A DNA stretch of 64,000 nt, taken from assembly GCF_009914755.1 (NCBI RefSeq), contig NC_060947.1; one strand, 5' to 3'. Position numbers and translations under genes: made by a program. This stretch comes from the human T2T-CHM13v2.0 reference genome, Homo sapiens. Positions 19,281-32,310 of this stretch are shown piece after piece; positions within the stretch are counted from its first letter, which is position 1; the number at the start of each line of letters is the position of its first letter. The notes beneath the pieces were generated by a model. It saw only the letters and a list, made by a program, of their open reading frames with translations, searched no databases and had not been told where the DNA came from.

Positions 19281-20699
19281 ATGTTATTCTACAATCTAAG
19301 TTGTATGCTATTTCACGGCGTTTGAGTTGGGAGCCAGCGATGAAGCGTCCCCAAGACCCAGAATGCTATAAGGCTACAAATTAGGATTTTAAAGCCAGTT
19401 CTCAGCCAGTCTGCCCACTTGGGCAGCCAGTAGAATAGATTAGAAAAGGAGACAATTTTGATTTGATCAATCCGTTTAGTCAACAGAGTGGCATTTATAT
19501 CCCCTTTCCTACATGACCCCAGCTATCTGTAAAACTTGGTATTATCTACACACATGCAGGAAGATAATTTTAGCAAGCATACAGCCCTCGTGCCCTCCAA
19601 CCCCTCCAGCAGCCAAATACCTGACCTAGGGCTATGCAGTTATCTCACACCATAGCCCCTAAAGTACAGTGAGATTCAGCAAAGAGTTTTGGTCCTTGGG
19701 CTGTTTATCTAATTTGTGTGGGTAATTCCTTCAACATGGCTATCTGTGTTTCTCTTAATTGTGGTGTGCTGTTCCACACACATGCTGTTCCTACTGCCTC
19801 CAAAATTAGTGATCCTAGGGAAGTTAGTACCATGAAGAACTATTTGGAAAGCTCATTTGTGACATTGGGGAGTTGCAGCTAATGTGGTTTGGTGGCGGCA
19901 AGTACTTGGCGGAGGGGGTTCCACTGTTGAATAAAATTCTACTGGAATTTTGCACCAATCCCAAGTGCAGGAAATATTCTTCAGGGTTGGATGAGGAGAA
20001 GATTGTGATAGGGAAGCCATCTGATTCCTTTACAGGACCACCAGGCTCCCTGGCTGCCTGTATTCTCTGTGTTCCACTGAAGGGAAGTTCACATGGCTTC
20101 GTGAAGTTCCAGAAGTTCCAGGTTGTGTTAATAGGAGCAGAAAATGGTATAGTCAAACAAGCTTGTGTTATCCACCTTGCATTCAGCACCTGGGTTAACT
20201 AAATTTGTCGTGGGCTCAGCCCACCATTGTCTATACATTTATGTGAGATAAGCCTCTGGATAAGGTTGTTGAATGTCAATGGTTAGGGGAATCGGCTCAT
20301 CTAAATAAGTGAGGTATATGATGCAGCGTTGCCAGGAAAGAAGTATTACACTATGTTTTCTAAAATCAGGTTGGCAGAAGCAAACCCTGCATTAGGTTAG
20401 ATTTACCATCTTATATGTTGCTGTGGCTAAGGCTATAGGCACGTTTGGTGTAGTCGGCAATTGCATGTTCCTCCTTGCTGTGACTGTTGTGTGTTGTGCT
20501 TGAGTTTCCTGTTGATTGCCAATAATAAATAGTATTGATGTGTTCCCATGAGTGTGGGATAGGTTTTGTAGGTGCTCTTGGCAGTCCAAGAAGAACGTTG
20601 TTAGTCTAACCACACAACAAATTAGATCCTGAATTATGAGGCACTTGCATATGAGTGAACAAAACAGGTGAACCAAGTATTTTTTTAAAAATAGACATC

Positions 20700-21001
20700 G
20701 GCCGGGCACGGTGGCTCACCCCTGTAATCCCAGCACTTTGGGAGGCCGAGGCAGGCAGATGATGAGGTCAGGAGTTCCAGACCAGCCTTGCCAATATGGT
20801 GAAACCCTGTCTCTATTAAAAATATATAAAAAAAAATTAGCCAGGTGTGGTGGCATGCTCCTGTAGTCCCAGCTACTTGGGAGGCTGAGGCAGGAGAATC
20901 ACTTGAACCCAGGAAGCAGAGGTTTCAGTGAGCCGAGATCGCGCCACTGCACTCCAGCCTGGGTGACAGATCAAGACTCTGTCTCAAAAAAGAAAAAAAA
21001 A
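20700..21001 (+). mobile_element. Alu SINE (AluS, Sg-like) inserted in the env region
   Basis: ggccgggcacggtggctcac..., dimeric structure, A tail. Confidence 0.95.
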
Positions 21002-21205
21002 TATATCAATTGTATCAAGGCATAGGTCCCTTTTATGTTCCCTTGTATTGCAACATTATTGTGTTTCAGTGGGGGACCAAATACTTTATGGACTCCATTT
21101 TAGGGGAAACTTTCATGGGGAAGAGGTTTGTATACCTTTAATAACCTCAGGAGTGGCCCCTTGGGAGGTGGCAGTGTGACTACACCAATAAATTTCCTCC
21201 CAAGT

Positions 21206-21457
21206 ACTCATGGACATAAAGTGTCTACTGAGACACTGGAGACTACTAGAGGGGGACGGGGGAGGGGAGCAAGGGTTGAAAAACAAACTGTTGGGTACTA
21301 TGCTCAATACCTGGGTGATGGGATCATTTGTACCCCAAACCTCAGCAACATGCAATATACCCAGGTAACAAACCTGCACATGTGCCCAATGAATCTAAAA
21401 TGAAAGTTGAAAAAGAAATGAAAAGACATACAAATGTTTTAATAAAGATGAAAAACA
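21206..21457 (+). mobile_element. 5'-truncated LINE-1 3' end (L1PA15/16 or L1PB-like) inserted in the env region
   Basis: L1 3'UTR motifs (gggtactatgctca, aacaaacctgcacatgt); TSD TTCCTCCCAAGT at 21194-21205 and 21458-21469. Confidence 0.88.
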
Positions 21458-21882
21458 TTCCTCCCAAGTTAGTTTCACTACAGGTCTTCTCAGTATTGTT
21501 TCTATCTTCTGTAGTTTTGGAGTGTGTATGGATTTTAAGGAGCCCCCAGAAAAGTAACACTGGGCAACAACTTCCCTCAAATATTTTCTAAGTTTTTAAT
21601 GATTGTGGCTTTGGTAGGCCTGTCAAATTTCATAATAGCTATAAGCAAATAGCTATCAATGTGGGTGGAGAAACTCCCATGCAAAGAGTAGTTAGATTTC
21701 TCCATGGGATCAAATATGGTTTTTGTAAGAATTGTCTTTGCTGTGATACCCATGAGCTATGATTTGTTCACTGTGGGCAGCCAGCATTGCAATTGCTGTA
21801 AAGTTCTCTTCCTTTGAGTTTTATGTAAAACTTGCAGTTGGTGTATTGAGATTAGGTTAGGGAAGAATTCCCAAGCTGGTTG

Positions 21883-21885
<3 letters not shown>

Positions 21886-21920
<35 letters not shown>
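21886..21920. repeat. (TG)n microsatellite
   Basis: About 17 TG units visible. Confidence 0.95.
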
Positions 21921-21922
<2 letters not shown>

Positions 21923-22899
21923 TTTAAGAAATGTCTTGGCCCAGGTAATGTGTAGTATGCATTACCTTCCTGGTATGCATTGATTAGCAACTAGTGAGGA
22001 GGTCCATGGTAAGGTTCACTTGCCTGCTTGGCTAATACAATTTCTTTCCATCTCAATAGTGGGGCTTCTAATGGAGGCAGAGAAAGATCATTATAATTAA
22101 TAGGAAAAGAAGCCAATAGTTGTAAAGGTATACACTGTGGGCGGCGATTGCATTTATTATCATTCCAGGGATCAGAAAAAGCTGTCATTTTATCTATGCA
22201 ATCCTGTAGGGCTTGTGGGTATTGGATCTGGATTATAGCATTTTAATGCTATAAAACATTAGCATTAATAACATTAGTGCCAATCACAAGCATCCTGGTT
22301 GTAATATTTGGTGCATACTATCTCTGGGTTCCATAGATAGTGGCCCATTTCTCCATTTGTTTAATGGCACATGAGTTAGTAATAGGGGGTTTCATCTGAT
22401 GTGAAGGAAAAGGTGGCCCACAGAGCTTAGAAGGCATCTGTGAGTCACAAGCAAAATTGTAGAATCTGACTTAGCTGGAAGGATGTTACTAAGTGGTAGT
22501 AGAGAGAGGAGGAGAAGTGCTAGCTTCAGTGCTGATGTCTGTAGACTGAACCAGTGAAATGGGAGCATGGTTCCCTTTGTCCCCAGTCTGACCTATGTTG
22601 GGTCTCCCTGTGGTGTGTATGTGGCATGCTGTTTCCACACATACTTTGCCAGCAGTAGGGTATGGATCACCAGGGATAGGGCAATCCACCAATCGAGGGA
22701 TAATTGACATTGGTGAAGGTAGGAACTTTCTCAGGTAAGGAAAGGGCAGAACAACAGCATAGGCATAAATGTTGGAGGTCATTTGCAGCCAGCAGTAGGG
22801 AATCTGATTGTCCTCTGGGAGCCACCCAAATGGTGTTACCAGATACAAGGGTTGTTGGTTCAATCTCCTGGGTGTCCGGAGCAGGTCAAGGTTTGTTCC

Positions 22900-25760
22900 A
22901 TAGTGCCCTTAGTGGAGCAAAGTACATGGGCAGAAAATGAGGATGCTTCCCTCTCCAGATAGTGGTGGGTGGTTTGCTAGTTTTATGCTGGGTAATGAGC
23001 AGACTAAGACTGAGAATGCACCCAGAGTGAGTGGTCCATGCCAGATCCTTGTCAGGATTGAGAGGGGAAAAAAATGGCCAGGCTCTGGATTTTCTATGAG
23101 GGAGAAGGAAGAGGTGAAAGAGCCAAGTTCCTTTGCTGTGGGCAGTCACTTCAGGGCCCCCATGTTCGTGAATACTGGTAAATCATGTTGTGTCCAGTGG
23201 GTACATACATTACCAGAGGTTGCAGCATCTCTGTTGGTGGTCTCCTCATTTGCTGTGAATTAAAATATGGTGCATTTATGCCAGAGAGGTATGGATTTAA
23301 TGTAAGCATGACTATGGGCAGTATTTTTGGCTACGGGGAATGCTATTGTCCTGCATGTTCTTTCAATATCCCTTGTTTTAAAAAGCCCATTGTGTCATTC
23401 TGTGATACCTGTTACTGGAGGACCAGAGAATAAATGAGAAATCCAAGCAGTGTTCTTTGGTAATACCTATGGTTGAATCTTCTTTGCAGAGAAGTGAGAG
23501 TCTTGATCTGACTGGATAACTTTGTGTAACTTTTGTACTCCCAAAGGCCATGCAAACTATTTTATCAGTTCCTCAATAACATTAGCAGAGCTTGGTGCCT
23601 TTCATGGATAAGCCAAGAGTAAGCCTGTGTAGGTATTTCTACATTGTTGTGGCATATGTAATAGTTCCTGCTGCTTCAGAGAGAGGCCCAATGAAATTGA
23701 CTGGATTTGCCAGCTCTGATATGACTCTTCTCCTCCCATGCAGTAGGTCCAAGTCTTTAGATTTCTGGCCTGTGGTACAGTCCCTAACAGCTTCACGTAA
23801 ATGTCTCTCTGCTGGGTCTATTTCTCATTAACAGTTGATTTTCATGGTCTCATGATGCCCAAATGCCCTGACCTCTCCTGTGTAGGGTGTAGGGTAGCTC
23901 TTACCAAAGTTCTGCTGTCTCCCTTCTTTTCAAAAGGATTAACTACTTTGGTAGTTTAGCTAGTTTGTCAGTTTCCAGGTTGTATTGTTTGCTGTGAGCT
24001 GGGGTATGGTGTACAAAAATGTGCAGAGTGGAGGCCAATGTGCTGATATTTTTCCCCACATCTCCTTACCCCAAATGTGTCAGCCTTGTATGTTCCAGCC
24101 CTGATTGTGCCCAAGTCCCAACGCAATAGCCCATTAGCCACTGACCAGGAGTTGCCAAAAATGTGAAGCTTAGTAAAATGTTTGTCAAAGGCTTTCTCTA
24201 TTTCTAGGGGTGTTGCACACAGCCTGGCCCATTGGGCACTTTGGCCCATCTCCATATGGAAGTTGGAGTATTTGAATAAGGGTGATAGGCTGTGGCTACC
24301 CTTTATCTGACTCCCTTATACCCTGTGCTCACTCCATTAGTAAAGAAAAACATTAATTTTCTTGTTATGAGAGTGCTGGTTATTCTCCCTCCATTCCCCA
24401 GTGAGCAAGAGCCAGGGGCATTTCCAGGGGTTTTGGCAAGTTAACCTCACTGACAGAGTATGTGGCCATTTCCTCACACAGTAGTGATACTCCAGGAGGT
24501 CCAGGTGTAGTTCAATCCTGTAGATACCATTTTCATTTTAATAAAGAAGCTTCTGTTGCTGATCCAATTTTACACGCAGCTCTGTCCATAACCCAGGAAT
24601 CTCGGTCCATAGGGTAATTGTCTCTGCCCCGTCAGGGCTTCAGTTTTGGTAAGTGCCCTGTATGCTGCCAGTGGGTGTCTGTCTAGTGAATACTTTAGGC
24701 TGAGGCTGAGAGCTACTTACACCAAAAGCTCACGAGTAGGCATTTACCTGTCCATTTGGTCCAGAGGCTCCAGGAAGCAAATTTGGGAGCAGTGGAAATT
24801 TGTAATTGCAAGTCTTGTCCTTGGGAGCACTAGAGGGAGAGCCAAAGTATTAGCCTCCTTTAGCTCACCCAGTGTCTGTTGTTGCTCAGGTCCCCACTGG
24901 AAAAGGGAAGCTTTACAGGTGTCTCAATAGACAATTCGGCAAGGGTCAGCAAACACTGGAGGTGAGGAATACGTTGTGCTATCATTCCTAATGAATGTTG
25001 GGGCTTCTTTTCTGATGTGAGCAGTTTAAGCACGAGGAGCTTGTCTTTTATCAGATTGGAAATAGTTCACCCTTCCAAGTGCCTAGTGTAGCCCCCCAAA
25101 TTTTACAGACTTATACCTTATATGGTGTAATTACCCATCCACCCTCAGTGAAAGGTGGTTTACTGAGGGTTGTGATCAACTGTGAAACAGTCTTGGACAG
25201 GTTCCGTGAGGAGGATGTCACTGATATAATGCCAAAGCATAGCTTCTGGTGAAATTGTGGGGCAGGTGCCTATGTCCTGTTGGCAAAGACTGTGCAATTG
25301 AAGGGCTATTTAAATACCCCCCCCCAAAAAGCTAGCATCACAATGAAGATGAGGGGAAACAAAATAAATACCCCAAAAGCAAGTGGGTAAGGGTGTACTA
25401 TTGACTCTCAAAGGTAGAAGTGAAATGTGTTTGACTCTACTGTGAAATTTTTACTGAATAGAATATGTTAGCCAAGTCTATAACTGCAGATTCAATTTCA
25501 GGGGGCCTTAGATGCCCTGGATTAATAGAAACTTACCTCTGATGTTTTGAATGACACCCATTAAGGTCACAATGTCCTATAGAGGTGCTCTAATAAAGGG
25601 AACATCCTCGATGAACTCTCTAAGGTCTATAGTCTCCACTTAGTAGTGTCTCTTAGTGTAGGCCATATGGGGAATTGATAGGCGACGTAGTAGGAATCAG
25701 TGTTCCTTGTTTATCTATGTCCTTCAGTGTCCTGCTTCAGCTTCTGCTGTGGTGTATGAA
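22900..25760 (-). pseudogene. Decayed pol (RT, RNase H, integrase) of the provirus
   Basis: Minus-strand motifs NSPIWP..KWRL (about 25630-25680), AVIDLANIFYS (25453-25487), GYLNSP (about 25300), WHYISDILL (25204-25237, YIDD-type), GQSAQWA..HIFGNSWSVANGL (ORF 23968-24255), TYTGLLLAYP, IQSDQDSHF (23482-23520), GITE*HNGLFK (23378-23420). Confidence 0.9.
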
Positions 25761-26049
25761 CCATCTGAACCAGGAGGGGCAGGTTCAAGCTGCATCAAGT
25801 AACTCTGTTTGACTGACAGACTTAGCAGTGTTGTTTGTCAGTGCCCAAGCCACAGTTAATACGGTAAAAGGGCAACTGTCTGTCAGAAGGGGCCTTCTGA
25901 CACTGCAGGATCCCTGTGTGGGAGAAGATTCTTAGCCACTTGGCAGTGATCAGAGACAGTTGTGGAATGGGGGGTTGTAATCTAACCCTAGTAAGTATTG
26001 CAATTACTCCAATGATTCACCAGAGATCATCCAACTTGGGACCTTCTTG

Positions 26050-27830
26050 TGCCTTAGGGTCTAACATAACCTCTTTTCTTCATCTCATGGTTGATGCACA
26101 CATGAGGGCCTGGACATAGGTGGCTTGTTTGGCCCAGGAGGGGGCAGCCTCAGTGTTGATAGTAACTTTGATTTAGGCCAGGTAGGGTATTATAGTGTTA
26201 GCAGGCAGCACCTGACTCTGAGTTTGTCTTTCATGAGTTTCTATTAAATCCAGTGCAGCTATGGCCTCTTGAATTGTTTTAGCAGTAGCCACCATGCCCA
26301 GTAAAGATTTTCCCAGGAGCCCTGCCCCCAAAGAAACAATTGAGTGGACTCAGGACTCGATTCAGACTCCTCCAGTCTTGTCAAGTCATCCTGCCACACC
26401 TCATTTGTTGTCTCCACTCCAACATGTCCAACTGGTGGAGGAGATCTTTGGCCTTGGCTAATCTTTTCCCTGGACAGTCTTCCCAGGCCATTATGAGGTC
26501 TAATGTAGGGTGGGCAGCCTTCTAATCCACAAAAATACACATCAGCAATAAAGATGTGAACAGAGGTCCAATGCCTCTGTGTGGCTTCTTCCCAAATTCT
26601 ACTCTACAGGATCCATTAGAGGGGACACAATTTTTCCATCATGTACTATCGCTCCCAATTGTTTAATTTCATTCCCCATTACATGGAATTTGTTCCCTGC
26701 CAGATGCATTCTATAGAGCCAAGCAGCCCCTTGTTTATTTGGTTCTTGGCCTGGGTACTTAAGGAGAGACTGGGGCTCAGGTAAGAGAGAGGATGGGACT
26801 CCTCCTCCGAGCAAGAACTGACCCTTCTTTCTTGGCTCTCCCTTTTTGTCTTTTCCATTTTTATTACTTTCTGAGTGGCTACAGGCAAAGCAGAGGATAA
26901 GTTATCCCAGTCCCTACCGTGGTGACACTGCTGCCTTTTCTTCTGGAGAGCACCTATTCTCCTCTCCAGGGACCTCTTGTCCAAACTGTCTCTCCCAAGA
27001 CTTTGGGCTCTTACCTCTTCTCCAGGTGGCATCCTGGTGATAAATTGCTGCCAGCAAGGTCAGCACATGCCTCATGGTTAGGAATGCCTGTTCGACCTGA
27101 CAGCAACCTCCTGTAGGGTTCCGGGAGGGGTAGGAATATAAATTTCTTTGCCTTCAGTCACTTTAAGTACCACTCTAGCTAGCTCAGTCCAAAGGTTGAG
27201 ATATTAATATCCCTCTGGAGAGGGGATAGCATGATGACAACTGCAACATCATAATTGAGTGTAACAACAGTAGAGGCATGCTACCTGCTTGCAAAGGCCT
27301 TTCCACCAGCTGCCCTTAGGAGACCAGCCTTGGCCTGATGTCTCTGCCTTATTGGCTCATTTACTTGCCTATCTGTCTCCGGGGAGGAGGAAATCCTCAC
27401 ATCTCAGACTACCCCAAATCCTCAACCCAGCCACAGGGAGCATTTCCCACCATAGCCTGTTATGCAGTCCAGGGTGGTTCACCCTTATTCCAGAGGCATG
27501 CACTCCCTCTCCTTTTCTATTCAGGTACACAGGTGCACAATGTCCAATGTCAACTGAGGGGGGGACCCAGGTAAGTGGGCTGACCTCCTTCCCCAGTACC
27601 TTGGCATCTAAGACCCCAAAAGTCAGTTCTAATGGTGTGGGTTCACTCAACTACTGGTGCTACCTCTAGGCCAGGTCAATGAGGTATAGAAGGAGACTGC
27701 AAAAAGTATATTGTTGCAGTACAGCAATGAGCGATGCTACGCAAAACTGCTACAGAGGCATTCTAAATGTAGAGTCTGAGCACTTAAGGCTGCCTAGGAC
27801 TGATTTTTCAGTTGATTGTCCTACTGACTG
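26050..27830 (-). pseudogene. Probable decayed gag region of the provirus
   Basis: Assigned mainly by position between PBS and pol; only short broken frames, no motif identified with certainty. Confidence 0.5.
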
Positions 27831-27863
27831 GGTAGACGCTATGCCAATTTCTTGTTCATGAAA

Positions 27864-27881
27864 ATCCCATCCTCCTCACCA
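27864..27881 (-). promoter_or_regulatory. Primer binding site, tRNA-Ser(GCU) type
   Basis: Plus strand ATCCCATCCTCCTCACCA matches the tRNA-Ser(GCU) 3' end ATCCCATCCTCGTCGCCA at 16/18, both mismatches at CpGs; 2 nt from the 5' LTR. Confidence 0.8.
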
Positions 27882-27883
27882 CT

Positions 27884-28768
<885 letters not shown>

Positions 28769-28904
28769 ACATGCCACTTAGCCACTCTGATTAATCTGAC
28801 TGGTCTGAGATAAAATCCATTCAATCTGTACTATCAACAGGACTCTAAGCAGCAAGGTAAGATCAATCTGCAACGTTAACCTGAACTTAAAACGTTAAGT
28901 GCAC

Positions 28905-29350
28905 ACGTACAATACTACTGCTCCTGAGTTTTTATCTAAGAGAAATGAAAGCATAGGTCCACATAAAGACTTGTACGTGAATGTTTATAGCAGCTTCATT
29001 TGTGCTAGTGAAAAACTGGAAACAATCCAAATTACCATACAATGAAATACTATACTATGACAAATAGTAATGAACTATTGATAGAAATAACAGCATGGGT
29101 GAATCTGAAAATAACTATGCTGATTTTAAGAAGACAAAAAAGAGTATACAGTGTATAATTCTATTTATATAAAATTCTATAAAGCACAAACTAATCTATA
29201 GTGAGAGAAAGTAGATCAGTGGTTGCCTAGGGACAGGGATGGGATGGGGATGGGTAGGGAGGGAAGCAACATAAAGGGGCATGAGAAAGCCTTAGGAGGT
29301 GATGAAAATGATCGTCATTTTGAATGTGGTAAGGGCTTATGATTATTGGT
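28905..29350 (+). mobile_element. Old L1M (L1MC/MD-like) 3' fragment
   Basis: agagaaatgaaagca, aagacttgtac, gtttatagcagc, aactggaaacaatccaaa, atcagtggttgcctaggg motifs of mammalian L1 3' ends. Confidence 0.75.
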
Positions 29351-31079
29351 AAGGAGTTATGCTTATAAAATATAAATAATTTGTATTTTATAAATTATAT
29401 AAATTACATATAATTTCATTTAGTTTTAAATTTAAGGAATGGCAATATGTCTTGCATCAAAGAACCCTCAAAACAACACCTTAAGTACTGCAAAGTCTTT
29501 GACGATGTATTTGCCAGTTAACTTATCTTTAAACATCAATAATAAAAATTGTCAAGACTTATTTGTTTCTATGTGTTTATTTTAGTGTGCTATTGCTTTT
29601 TCACATTCTGGGTCATATTTTCAAAGTATTATTTCACATTGTGTAAATGTATTTTTTTTTCACTATTAGTAAAGAGCATCTCAAGTAAGGTCCTGCTTTC
29701 TACTTTGATGGTATAGGAGCATGTTTGACTCAGATATGAACCACTTGTGGACAGAGTTATGGGTGAGAAATCTGATATTTAAGGAACACTCTGGATTAGT
29801 TTCCCATTGGTGAGAAAATAAAAAAGTGATGAGCACTTTTTCCAAATACCACGTGATAAATCAAGTACTCAAACATGCTAACTGCATTTAGACTATTCTA
29901 TTACCAAAATATTCCAATCAATTCCTGTGGACAGTTTGTAAACTGTCATTCCCAATGCCTCCTCATCCTTCAAGTTCCCACTGAAAGGTCTCATAGCTTA
30001 TCAGACCTTTGGGGGAAGTGCTTTTTTTTTTTAATTAAAAGTTAAGTCATGTGCAGGGCAGAGTGAGGCAAAATGCAGCCAGTGGTCAGGAACTAAAGAC
30101 CTCTCCTCCACCTGGGCCTTGAGAGTTTGGGAGAAGCTCAGGAAGAAAAGCCAACCATCTGAGTCCAGTGGGCTTTGAAGCAGTGGTCTTGCATCTGTAC
30201 ATGTGGGATAAATGATGTGAAAACCATTAACTCTGCCGCTGATCCAGCTGCAGGGAAAAGCATTTCCTCTGATCAAGGTGACCATCTGGCTGGTGGACCT
30301 CATTTTGCACCAGGTCCTGATCGATGAGCTGACCCTGAGTCCACAGTTCACCTGATGGAGAACTCAGAGTCAAAGCCCAGGCCCAAGTGAGGCTGTCTGA
30401 CTGCTGCTTGAGGGCCTAGGGACCACACCCCTGGAGTCAGGAGGGCGGAGGTGAGGATGATAGTGAAATGGCCAGAAGGTAAAGATACATGTGAATATTC
30501 TATCTTCATTAGGTCGCATGGATGAAAGGCAATAGAAAAGTAGCACATACATTTTTTAGAAGTTAAAGCTGATAGTCAGGACACAAAGATGGCTGATTAT
30601 TCTACAGACATGGAAGGCAGGCGCTCAGGACCTGTAAAATCCCCCACTGAGCAAATAACTGAGACAGTACTTCCTAGTGATGCATTCTGCTGGCAAACAG
30701 TGTGAAATTTTTCTGGAGAAGGCTCAGGCCATCGGTCCCTGGTCCATCTTCTGGCCCCACAGAGTTGCTGATCGAACACCCTCCACAGGGAGAGCATTGC
30801 ACAAGTGATTCCCTTTTTAGAAATTCTTCTAAGCCATTCAGAAGAAGACAAGCTTGCAGATGGAAGGGAATCAGAACCTGGGCAATGTCTTAGAGTGGCC
30901 GAGCTATCCCTGTGTGTGGTTTGGAGTGTTTTCACTAAGACAAAACAGTGGGAGAAAGAAAAACCCTACACCCATACAAACTTTGAGGGAATATTGGAGC
31001 TTAATGTAACAGAAACCCGTTGTGCTAGGAAATTTTATTACATTCTCTGAAGGGGTCGCAGGGTTCTGTGTCTGGGCTG

Positions 31080-31151
31080 GTTTCCGTAGTGCAGTAATTG
31101 TCAAGCTCACCAAAAGTGCGACAAAATCACGGAATTACCCTTGGTAGAAAC
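31080..31151 (+). pseudogene. Degenerate tRNA-Val-like sequence
   Basis: Gap-free 72-nt alignment to tRNA-Val(AAC/CAC): first 12 nt identical (GTTTCCGTAGTG), GCGA and terminal GAAAC in register; B-box lost. Confidence 0.65.
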
Positions 31152-32214
31152 GCGGAATTACTCCAAAACCCTACCCTCATCCTCTACCTGGACCAGAGAG
31201 AAAAACAACTACTTGAGTTTTCAGAAACTACCAAACCTTGGCTCTAGCTCCGCATCCTTGGCCAGAGCATGGAAGGTTGGGGTGAGGGACACGGTGAACA
31301 AGAACTGCATCCTCACGCTGCTCACACTTCCTCTTTCCCCCTTTTGCTCTTGTGTGTGGGGTCAGAGGTTACCAGACAGGGGTCACTAAGGTTGTCAGTG
31401 GGAGGATGCGAGCCCTGTTGGGTTCCTCCCAGACAGCTCAACATGGGAGGCTCCCAATTCCCCTTTCTCCTGCAAGGAAAGACACCACAGCTGTGTCACC
31501 CTCCTTCAGAGACTGCAGATTGGAAGCCTGTTTTTCCACAAAACCTAGTTCTAAGCCATTTCTAGCAAGTGAGAGTTACTGATTGGAAGCCTAGTGGTGA
31601 CAGCTACCCATGGGGCAGGCTTAAATAGCGACTCCTCCTGGTAGTGAACGAATTTCAGATTTCACACAAGAAGGGCAAAACCATGGGCTATTTTCTCCCA
31701 TGAATTTTTGCCTATTTTGGGCCCTAAATCAAATTGAGAAAAGTGTGACTAAAACACTCAAACTGCCAATATAGTTAGAGATATACGCTTTGTGAGACTA
31801 ACTCAGGAATCTACTGCCTTGCTCCTGCAAGGATACAGCTCTGTAAGGCATGACTTTAAAAGAATTCCAAGCACCTTTTATCTATCTGTTTAACTCTGGT
31901 GCAGGGGAACAGAGCAGCATTTAAGGTATAAACAAAATTAGTCTACTCCTGAAGAGAACATTTGCTACTCACATTTATGGTAGAAGAAGCAATCTCACAA
32001 CACAACAAAGCTCTCCTTGTGAGTGGAGCAGGAAGTCCTGGGTAGGGCTGGACCACAAGGCTCACAGGCTCTATGCCCTAAGCTACTGACGCCCCTTTGT
32101 GCCAGAGGCTGGGTTTTGCAGCAAACTCAGTTCAGGCCTGGGAACACTGAGCCCACCAAGAATCCTAAATAGTCAACTAAAACCCCTGAAATAGCCAGGC
32201 CCGTTACTTTAACC

Positions 32215-32310
32215 ATTTGTATATCTTTAGGGGGTACAAGTACATGGATAAGTACCATGTACTTGTTGTTACATGGATATATTACCCAGTGGTGAAGTCT
32301 AGGCTTACCA
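32215..32310 (-). mobile_element. Short L1MA/L1PB-like 3' end fragment
   Basis: ttagggggtacaagt...tgttacatggatatatt...agtggtgaagtct.ggctt resembles a reverse-complement L1 3' terminus. Confidence 0.6.

Larger units (their letters stand above)
19300..22360 (-). pseudogene. Decayed env-like gene of the provirus (boundaries approximate)
   Basis: Minus-strand reading MV*DNCIALG at 19624-19653 (ISD-like), followed by GGVG..C and SCMCVDNT (CX6CC-like); hydrophobic stretch FFMVLTSLGSLILEAVGTA upstream; signal-peptide-like LALMLLMLMF near 22250-22300. Confidence 0.65.

Noticed and set aside
22489-23149. Possible dUTPase or accessory ORF between integrase and env
   Set aside because: No dUTPase motifs recognisable by eye; needs a profile search
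29230-29263. G-quadruplex-like GGG runs
   Set aside because: Ordinary G-rich tract of an L1M 3'UTR
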